From Haplodiscus bocki (Eukaryota), in assembly GCA_965655095.1 (NCBI GenBank), contig OZ296649.1, positions 113,460,001 to 113,524,000 of the forward strand: a stretch of 64,000 nt of DNA, given 5' to 3'. A program made the position numbers and the translations under genes. Positions 53,801-64,000 of this stretch are shown piece by piece. Each line of letters begins with the position of its first letter. Positions within the stretch are counted from its first letter, which is position 1. Under the pieces are notes generated by a model. The model was not told the origin of the DNA. It worked only from the letters and a program-made list of their open reading frames with translations, and did no database searches.

Positions 53801-56800
53801 GAAACAACGCGAAAATGAACAGTTGACAGCCCACTGTGTCTCAGTCGAAACTTTGATATGTCAAACATGACCTTCCAGAAGTATGTTCTTCATTTTTTCA
53901 AAACAATGTTAAAAAAAGATTAACAGTTTTTAGAACGTGAAAATAAACGAGTGCCTGCCAAATGTCTCAAAAGAGGCCGTTTTCAACCGCTTACAGATGA
54001 CTAGGTTCTACGATGACGTCAAAAAATGCAAGTTTCGAACAGGATAAAACAACTAAGCATAGGACACATTCTTCCTTTTTCTCAGGATGTGTAATAAAAA
54101 GGAGTTGAAGTAAATTTTCATTTGGGAGAACCGGAGGCCAAATGTGGTACTTTAAGCTCAAAATCTGAAAACTATTGTGTCAACAAAGGATCCCCAGTAC
54201 AATTAAGCCTACATGCGTCCTAATTTGGGTAAGTTCCAATTTTGGGTCGTTCTAAAAAACAAGTGTCAAGAAGCAGAGTCACTGAAAACATTCATTGAGC
54301 AAATAGAACCGAGGGGCGACAGACTGACTCCGTTCACTTGTTTTGAAATACACGGGAGGACACCATGAGTTACACTTCTACTGTGATAAAACATCAGAAT
54401 GGAAAGGTTCGTAGCTCCAAAATTTAGCAACTAGCGAATGAATTTCGTTATTTTCAAATATCAATAATTGTTCACAAAAAAGGAAAATCGGATCCACCTT
54501 CGATTTTTACGACACTGTGCTTTTTTTCAGAAAAAAGGGCCCCTCAAGGAACTCGAAAATCGAAGCAAAAGCAATTAAGATTTTTGACGAACTAAAACAT
54601 TCTGAACGATCAAAGTCGGATTTATTCTCCAGGGAAAAGTTCATTAAAATTTGACTTGTGAGAGGACGTGTACGTTTCGAAATATTTAGAAACTAAAATC
54701 CAAAAACAAGAAGAGAACACAGGCTTTTGTCTAGGGTTCGTTTTACATAGAAAAGCGCATTCGGTAGATTTGAAACTTTGCCTATTACCTTCGCGTAACC
54801 ATTCTACCTCCAGACACTCCGATGGGTTTCTCCGAATTAAAAGGAAGGATAATAAGAGAAAACTTTAAAAGGTTTTATACCATAATAGGCAAAATGTCAG
54901 TCCTGCTTGCTTTCGATGATCGTTTTATTGGAGCGCTCTGGTCAAATTGAAAAAAAAAGAGGACAAATTGAAATAAGCGTTTGTTACAATCAATACAGTA
55001 TTTGTTTTTCGATCCACCGGATTGACTTTCAGACTTGAAGAATAAATCGCTGTTTCAATTTCTCACACAACACGGAACGCGAAAACTAAAAGAGACGAAG
55101 CGGATCTTTGACACACATTCCAACTTGTCAGTTAACATCAAGGATTCACTATACACATCAAAGATCGAGAGGCATTCGAAGCAGTGATGGCAGATGTGGT
55201 TGAAACTTTAAGAAAAATTATAGCATCTGTCAATCATACGTTTGTTAGGAGAAGCCGAATCCAGACAAGTGGCTGCCAATGTTTCATCTCGATCATTTGA
55301 TCTGTTAATCATGCCTCTTTAGGTTACGTCATTTTGCAGTCAATTGTTTGAAAATTGGCACAATTTACAACGCAACAATGAACAAAAACCTGCCACAATG
55401 TCTCGTACAGAAAATATTGATATGCGAGACCTGACTTGTCAGGACACTGTTGTAAATTTTTCCAAAACAAGGTTGTTTCAAAAAAACAAACTTATTGGAA
55501 CGCCAGGAGAGACAAGGACTTGCTAGGTATTATCACAAAGGTCATTTTTGACCTTTTTACTACAACACTAGCCTTTTTCATGACGTCAAAAATTGCAACT
55601 TTTTAACAAGATGAAGCCTTTTCAACTTTAAGACCACCATTACTTGACAATGAAAACAATATGCGAAAATCAGCTCCTTTTAAATGTTGCTACAAATGGC
55701 TGGTTTCCAGAAAAACTTTGGTTCCAAACCAAAAAAGAGAGTTCAGAGAACAGAGCAGAGGAATTTCGAAACATATTTTGACTTGTCAATTGAGATCAAA
55801 CACCCTGCAAGACATTAGAAACCATGATCCAGATGTAACTGACACCTTTGGAAACACTAAACCAGCTGTCAAACAATTGTTAGAAAAAACTAAACTGAGA
55901 CAAGTGCCTGTCTAAGTGTTTCGTACTCAAAAATCAATCTGCTCAAGATGTCTTTTCTTAGGTTACGCTATTTTAGTCAAATGTTTTTGCACCTGAAACA
56001 ACGCGAAAATGAACAGTTGACAGCCCACTGTGTCTCAGTCGAAACTTTGATATGTCAAACATGACCTTCCAGAAGTATGTTCTTCATTTTTTCAAAACAA
56101 TGTTAAAAAAAGATTAACAGTTTTTAGAACGTGAAAATAAACGAGTGCCTGCCAAATGTCTCAAAAGAGGCCGTTTTCAACCGCTTACAGATGACTAGGT
56201 TCTACGATGACGTCAAAAAATGCAAGTTTCGAACAGGATAAAACAACTAAGCATAGGACACATTCTTCCTTTTTCTCAGGATGAGTAATAAAAAGGAGTT
56301 GTAGTAATTTTTCAATTGGGAGAACCGGAGGCCAAATGTGGTACTTTAAGCTCAAAATCTGAAATTTATTTTGTCAACAAAGGATCCCCAATACGATTAA
56401 GCCTACATGCGTCCTAATTTGGGTAAGTTCCAATTTTGGGTCGTTCTAAAAAACAAGTGTCAAGAAGCAGAGTCACTGAAAACATTCATTGAGCAAATAG
56501 AACCGAGGGGCGACAGACTGACTCCGTTCACTTGTTTTGAAATACACGGGAGGACACCATGAGTTACACTTCTACTGTGATAAAACATCAGAATGGAAAG
56601 GTTCGTAGCTCCAAAATTTAGCAACTAGCGAATGAATTTCGTTATTTTCAAATATCAATAATTGTTCACAAAAAAGGAAAATCGGATCCACCTTCGATTT
56701 TTACGACACTGTGCTTTTTTTTCAGAAAAAAGGGCCCCTCAAGGAACTCGAAAATCGAAGCAAAAGCAATTAAGATTTTTGACGAACTAAAACATTCTGA

Positions 56801-59800
56801 ACGATCAAAGTCGGATTTATTCTCCAGGGAAAAGTTCATTAAAATTTGACTTGTGAGAGGACGTGTACGTTTCGAAATATTTAGAAACTAAAATCCAAAA
56901 ACAAGAAGAGAACACAGGCTTTTGTCTAGGGTTCGTTTTACATAGAAAAGCGCATTCGGTAGATTTGAAACTTTGCCTATTACCTTCGCGTAACCATTCT
57001 ACCACCAGACACTCCGATGGGTTTCTCCGAATTAAAAGGAAGGATAATAAGAGAAAACTTTAAAAGGTTTTATACCATAATAGGCAAAATGTCAGTCCTG
57101 CTTGCTTTCGATGATCGTTTTATTGGAGCGCTCTGGTGAAATTGAAAAAAAAAAGAGGACAAATTGAAATAAGCGTTTGTTACAATCAATACAGTATTTG
57201 TTTTTCGATCCACCGGATTGACTTTCAGACTTGAAGAATAAATCGCTGTTTCAATTTCTCACACAACACGGAACGCGAAAACTAAAAGAGACGAAGCGGA
57301 TCTTTGACACACATTCCAACTTGTCAGTTAACATCAAGGATTCACTATACACATCAAAGATCGAGAGGCATTCGAAGCAGTGATGGCAGATGTGGTTGAA
57401 ACTTTAAGAAAAATTATAGCATCTGTCAATCATACGTTTGTTAGGAAAAGCCGAATCCAGACAAGTGGCTGCCAATGTTTCATCTCGATCATTTGATCTG
57501 TTAATCATGCCTCTTTAGGTTACGTCATTTTGCAGTCAATTGTTTGAAAATTGGCACAATTTACAACGCAACAATGAACAAAAACCTGCCACAATGTCTC
57601 CTACAGAAAATATTGATATGCGAGACCTGACTTGTCAGGACACTGTTGTAAATTTTTCCAAAACAAGGTTGTTTCAAAAAAACAAACTTATTGGAACGCC
57701 AGGAGAGACAAGGACTTGCTAGGTATTATCACAAAGGTCATTTTTGACCTTTTTACTACAACACTAGCCTTTTTCATGACGTCAAAAATTGCAACTTTTT
57801 AACAAGATGAAGCCTTTTCAACTTTAAGACCACCATTACTTGACAATGAAAACAATATGCGAAAATCAGCTCCTTTTAAATGTTGCTACAAATGGCTGGT
57901 TTCCAGAAAAACTTTGGTTCCAAACCAAAAAAGAGAGTTCAGAGAACAGAGCAGAGGAATTTCGAAACATATTTTGACTTGTCAATTGAGATCAAACACC
58001 CTGCAAGACATTAGAAACCATGATCCAGATGTAACTGACACCTTTGGAAACACTAAACCAGCTGTCAAACAATTGTTAGAAAAAACTAAACTGAGACAAG
58101 TGCCTGTCTAAGTGTTTCGTACTCAAAAATCAATCTGCTCAAGATGTCTTTTCTTAGGTTACGCTATTTTAGTCAAATGTTTTTGCACCTGAAACAATGC
58201 GAAAATGAACAGTTGACAGCCCACTGTGTCTCAGTCGAAACTTTGATATGTCAAACATGACCTTCCAGAAGTATGTTCTTCATTTTTTCAAAACAATGTT
58301 AAAAAAAGATTAACAGTTTTTAGAACGTGAAAATAAACGAGTGCCTGCCAAATGTCTCAAAAGAGGCCGTTTTCAACCGCTTACAGATGACTAGGTTCTA
58401 CGATGACGTCAAAAAATGCAAGTTTCGAACAGGATAAAACAACTAAGCATAGGACACATTCTTCCTTTTTCTCAGGATGAGTAATAAAAAGGAGTTGTAG
58501 TAATTTTTCAATTGGGAGAACCGGAGGCCAAATGTGGTACTTTAAGCTCAAAATCTGAAATTTATTTTGTCAACAAAGGATCCCCAATACGATTAAGCCT
58601 ACATGCGTCCTAATTTGGGTAAGTTCCAATTTTGGGTCGTTCTAAAAAACAAGTGTCAAGAAGCAGAGTCACTGAAAACATTCATTGAGCAAATAGAACC
58701 GAGGGGCGACAGACTGACTCCGTTCACTTGTTTTGAAATACACGGGAGGACACCATGAGTTACACTTCTACTGTGATAAAACATCAGAATGGAAAGGTTC
58801 GTAGCTCCAAAATTTAGCAACTAGCGAATGAATTTCGTTATTTTCAAATATCAATAATTGTTCACAAAAAAGGAAAATCGGATCCACCTTCGATTTTTAC
58901 GACACTGTGCTTTTTTTCAGAAAAAAGGGCCCCACAAGGAACTCGAAAATCGAAGCAAAAGCAATTAAGATTTTTGACGAACTAAAACATTCTGAACGGT
59001 CAAAGTCGGATTTATTCTCCAGGAAAAAGTCCATTAAAATTTGACTTGTGAGACGACGTCTACGTATTGAAATATTTAGAAGCTAAAATCCAAAAACAAG
59101 AAGAGAACACAGGCTTTTGTCTAGGGTTCGTTTTACATAGAAAAGCGCATTCGGTAGATTTGAAACTTTGCCTATTACCTTTGCGTAACCATTCTACCTC
59201 CAGACACTCCGATGGGTTTCTCCGAATTAAAAGGAAGGATAATAAGAGAAAACTTTAAAAGGTTTTATACCATAATAGACAATATGTCAGTCTTGCTTGC
59301 TTTCGATGATCGTTTTATCGGAGCGCTCTGGTCAAATCGAAAAAAAAGAGGACAAATTGAAATAAGCGTTTGTTACAATCAATACAGTATTTGTTTTTCG
59401 ATCCACCGGATTGACTTTCAGACTTGAAGAAAATATCGCTGTTTCAATTTCTCACACAACACGGAACGCGAAAACTAAAAGAGACGAAGCGGATCTTTGA
59501 CACACATTCCAACTTGTTAGTTAACATCAAGGATTCACTATACACATCAAAGATCGAGAGGCATTCGAAGCAGTGATGGCAGATGTGGTTGAAACTTTAA
59601 GAAAAATTATAGCATCTGTCAATCATACGTTTGTTAGGAAAAGCCGAATCCAGACAAGTGGCTGCCAATGTTTCTTCTCGATCATTTGATCTGTTAATCA
59701 TGCCTCTTTAGGTTACGTCATTTTGCAGTCAATTGTTTGAAAATTGGCACAATTTACAACGCAACAATGAACAAAAACCTGCCACAATGTCTCGTACAGA

Positions 59801-62800
59801 AAATATTGATATGCGAGACCTGACTTGTCAGGACACTGTTGTAAATTTTTCCAGAACAAGGTTGTTTCAAAAAAAACAAACTTATTGGAACGCCAAGAGA
59901 GACAAGGACTTGCTAGGTATTATCATAAAGGTCATTTTTGACCTTTTTACTACACCACTAGCCTTTTTCATGACGTCAAAAATTGCAACTTTTTAACAAG
60001 ATGAAGTTTTTTCAACTTTAAGACCACCATTACTTGACAATGAAAACAATAGGCGAAAATCAGCTCCTTTTAAATGTTGCTACAAATGGCTGGTTTCCAG
60101 AAAAAATTTGGTTCCAAACCAAAAAATAGAGTTCAGAAAACAGAGCAGAGGAATTTCGAAACATATTTTGACTTGTCAATTGAGATCAAACACCCTGCAA
60201 GACATTAGAAACCATGATGCAGACGTAACTGACACTTTTGGAAACACTAAACCAGCTGTCAAACAATTGTTAGAAAAAACTAAACTGAGACAAGTGCCTG
60301 TCTAAGTGTTTCGTACTCAAAAATCAATCTGCTCAAGATGTCTTTTTTTAGGTTACGCTATTTTAGTCAAATGTTTTTGCACCTGAAACAACGCGAAAAT
60401 GAACAGTTGACAGCCCACTGTGTCACAGTCGAAACTTTGATATGTCAAACATGACCTTCCAGAGGTATGTTCTTCATTTTTTCAAAACAATGTTAAAAAA
60501 AGGTTAACAATTTTTAGAACGTGAAAATTAACGAGTACCTGCCAAATGTCTCAAAACAGGCCGTTTTCAACCGTTTCCAGATGACTAGGTTTTACGATGA
60601 CGTCAAAAAATGCAAGATTCGAACAGGATAAAAACTAAGCATAAGACAGATTCTTCCTTTTTCTCAGGATGTGTAATAAAAAGGAGTTGTAGTAAAATTT
60701 CAATTGGGAGAACCGGAGGCCAAATGTGGTACTTTAAGCTCAAAATCTGAAATTTATTTTGTCAACAAAGGATCCCCAATACGATTAAGCCTACATGCGT
60801 CCTAATTTGGGTAAGTTCCAATTTTGGGTCGTTCTAAAAAACAAGTGTCAAGAAGCAGAGTCACTGAAAACATTCATTGAGCAAATAGAACCGAGGGGCG
60901 ACAGACTGACTCCGTTCACTTGTTTTGAAATACACGGGAGGACACCATGAGTTACACTTCTACTGTGATAAAACATCAGAATGGAAAGGTTCGTAGCTCC
61001 AAAATTTAGCAACTAGCGAATGAATTTCGTTATTTTCAAATATCAATAATTGTTCACAAAAAAGGAAAATCGGATCCACCTTCGATTTTTACGACACTGT
61101 GCTTTTTTTCAGAAAAAAGGGCCCCTCAAGGAACTCGAAAATCGAAGCAAAAGCAATTAAGATTTTTGACGAACTAAAACATTCTGAACGATCAAAGTCG
61201 GATTTATTCTCCAGGGAAAAGTTCATTAAAATTTGACTTGTGAGAGGACGTGTACGTTTCGAAATATTTAGAAACTAAAATCCAAAAACAAGAAGAGAAC
61301 ACAGGCTTTTGTCTAGGGTTCGTTTTACATAGAAAAGCGCATTCGGTAGATTTGAAACTTTGCCTATTACCTTTGCGTAACCATTCTACCTCCAGACACT
61401 CCGATGGGTTTCTCCGAATTAAAAGGAAGGATAATAAGAGAAAACTTTAAAAGGTTTTATACCATAATAGACAATATGTCAGTCTTGCTTGCTTTCGATG
61501 ATCGTTTTATCGGAGCGCTCTGGTCAAATCGAAAAAAAAAAGAGGACAAATTGAAATAAGCGTTTGTTACAATCAATACAGTATTTGTTTTTCGATCCAC
61601 CGGATTGACTTTCAGACTTGAAGAATAAATCGCTGTTTCAATTTCTCACACAACACGGAACGCGAAAACTAAAAGAGACGAAGCGGATCTTTGACACACA
61701 TTCCAACTTGTCAGTTAACATCAAGGATTCACTATACACATCAAAGATCGAGAGGCATTCGAAGCAGTGATGGCAGATGTGGTTGAAACTTTAAGAAAAA
61801 TTATAGCATCTGTCAATCATACGTTTGTTAGGAAAAGCCGAATCCAGACAAGTGGCTGCCAATGTTTCTTCTCGATCATTTGATCTGTTAATCATGCCTC
61901 TTTAGGTTACGTCATTTTGCAGTCAATTGTTTGAAAATTGGCACAATTTACAACGCAACAATGAACAAAAACCTGCCACAATGTCTCGTACAGAAAATAT
62001 TGATATGCGAGACCTGACTTGTCAGGACACTGTTGTAAATTTTTCCAGAACAAGGTTGTTTCAAAAAAAAACAAACTTATTGGAACGCCAGGAGAGACAA
62101 GGACTTGCTAGGTATTATCACAAAGGTCATTTTTGACCTTTTTACTACAACACTAGCCTTTTTCATGACGTCAAAAATTGCAACTTTTTAACAAGATGAA
62201 GTTTTTTCAACTTTAAGACCACCATTACTTGACAATGAAAACAATAGGCGAAAATCAGCTCCTTTTAAATGTTGCTACAAATGGCTGGTTTCCAGAAAAA
62301 AATTGGTCCCAAACCAAAAAATAGAGTTCAGAAAACAGAGCAGAGGAATTTCGAAACATATTTTGACTTGTCAATTGAGATCAAACACCCTGCAAGACAT
62401 TAGAAACCATGATGCAGACGTAACTGACACTTTTGGAAACACTAAACCAGCTGTCAAACAATTGTTAGAAAAAACTAAACTGAGACAAGTGCCTGTCTAA
62501 GTGTTTCGTACTCAAAAATCAATCTGCTCAAGATGTCTTTTTTTAGGTTACGCTATTTTAGTCAAATGTTTTTGCACCTGAAACAACGCGAAAATGAACA
62601 GTTGACAGCCCACTGTGTCACAGTCGAAACTTTGATATGTCAAACATGACCTTCCAGAGGTATGTTCTTCATTTTTTCAAAACAATGTTAAAAAAAGATT
62701 AACAATTTTTAGAACGTGAAAATTAACGAGTACCTGCCAAATGTCTCAAAACAGGCCGTTTTCAACCGTTTCCAGATGACTAGGTTTTACGATTACGTCA

Positions 62801-64000
62801 AAAAATGCAAGATTCGAACAGGATAAAAACTAAGCATAAGACAGATTCTTCCTTTTTCTCAGGATGTGTAATAAAAAGGAGTTGTAGTAAAATTTCAATT
62901 GGGAGAACCGGAGGCCAAATGTGGTATTTTAAGCTCAAAATCTGAAAACTATTTTGTCAACAAAGGATCCCCAGTACGACTAAACCTACATGCGTCCTAA
63001 TTTGGGTAAGTTCCAATTTTGGGTCGTTCTAAAAAACAGTGTCAAGAAGCAGAGTCACTGAAAACATTCATTGAGCAAATAGAACCGAGGGGCGACAGAC
63101 TGACTCCGTTCACTTGTTTTGAAATACACGGGAGGACACCATGAGTTACACTTCTACTGTGATAAAACATCAGAATGGAAAGGTTCGTAGCTCCAAAATT
63201 TAGCAACTAGCGAATGAATTTCGTAATTTTCAAATATCAATAATTGTTCACAAAAAAGGAAAATCGGATCCACCTTCGATTTTTACGACACTGTGCTTTT
63301 TTTCAGAAAAAAGGGCCCCTCAAGGAACTCGAAAATCGAAGCAAAAGCAATTAAGATTTTTGACGAACTAAAACATTCTGAACGATCAAAGTCGGATTTA
63401 TTCTCCAGGAAAAAGTCCATTAAAAATTGACTTGTGAGACGACGTGTACGTTTCGAAATATTTTGAAACTAAAATCCAAAAACAAGAAGAGAACACACAA
63501 GGCTTTTGTCTAGGGTTCGTTTTACATAGAAAAGCGCATTCGGTAGATTTGAAACTTTGCCTTTTACCTTTGCGTAACCACTCTACCTCCAGACACTCCG
63601 ATGGGTTTCTCCGAATTAAAAGGAAGGATAATAAGAGAAAACTTTAAAAGGTTTTATACCATAATAGGCAATATGTCAGTCTTGCTTGCTTTCGATGATC
63701 GTTTTATTGGAGCGCTCTGGTCAAATTGAAAAAAAAAGACGACAAATTGAAATAAGCGTTTGTTACAATCAATACAGTATTTGTTTTTCGATCCACCGGA
63801 TTGACTTTCAGACTTGAAGAAAATATCGCTGTTTCAATTTCTCACACAACACGGAACGCGAAAACTAAAAGAGACGAAGCGGATCTTTGACACACATTCC
63901 AACTTGTCAGTTAACATCAAGGATTCACTATACACATCAAAGATCGAGAGGCATTCGAAGCAGTGATGGCAGATGTGGTTGAAACTTTAAGAAAAATTAT
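47801..64000. repeat. Tandem macrosatellite, unit ~2195 bp, at least 7.4 copies, running off the window end
   Basis: Unit start cagaat(g/c)gaaaggttcgtagc at 47801, 50001, 52198, 54395, 56589, 58785, 60977 and 63171 (periods 2192-2200 bp). Units differ only by scattered substitutions and small indels. Confidence 0.98.

Noticed and set aside
48075-63647. Recurring short ORFs in the array (MYVSKYLE.., MFENWHNLQ.., MRKSAP..)
   Set aside because: Starts and frames vary between units, no domain is recognisable, and two of them overlap the R1 repeat. Recurrence simply reflects the tandem repeat.
47801-64000. Array as a 5S rRNA, tRNA, U1/U2, histone or C/D snoRNA cluster, or CRISPR
   Set aside because: No recognisable 5S, U1 5' end, tRNA cloverleaf, C/D box pair or histone ORF by eye. 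GGTTCG matches lack tRNA context. No repeat-spacer structure, and the context is eukaryotic.

Overview
AT-rich eukaryotic (invertebrate-like) genomic DNA. Most of the window is one minus-strand gene, a USP32-like deubiquitinase. I reconstructed 15 phase-compatible GT-AG exons from 46841 down to 8812 (4527 nt, 1508 codons plus stop). They encode EF-hands, DUSP, a Ubl-like region and a split USP catalytic domain, and end in a CaaX motif (CFIQ*). The first exon(s) are not found and probably lie beyond 64000. A 23.3-kb intron (15328-38617) separates the catalytic Cys box from the rest of the domain. It contains a decayed BEL/Pao LTR retrotransposon, a possible spliced pseudogene of unknown identity, and a decayed Polinton/Maverick (pPolB, major capsid, minor capsid, a small GxG protein, integrase, packaging ATPase). 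A second, more AT-rich Polinton pPolB remnant occupies about 470-3930. From 47801 to the window end is a ~2.195-kb tandem array (7 full units plus a partial one), probably intronic. Its unit contains two diverged copies of a dispersed repeat that also occurs singly elsewhere in the window. All family assignments come from recalled motifs and manual translation; no searches were run.
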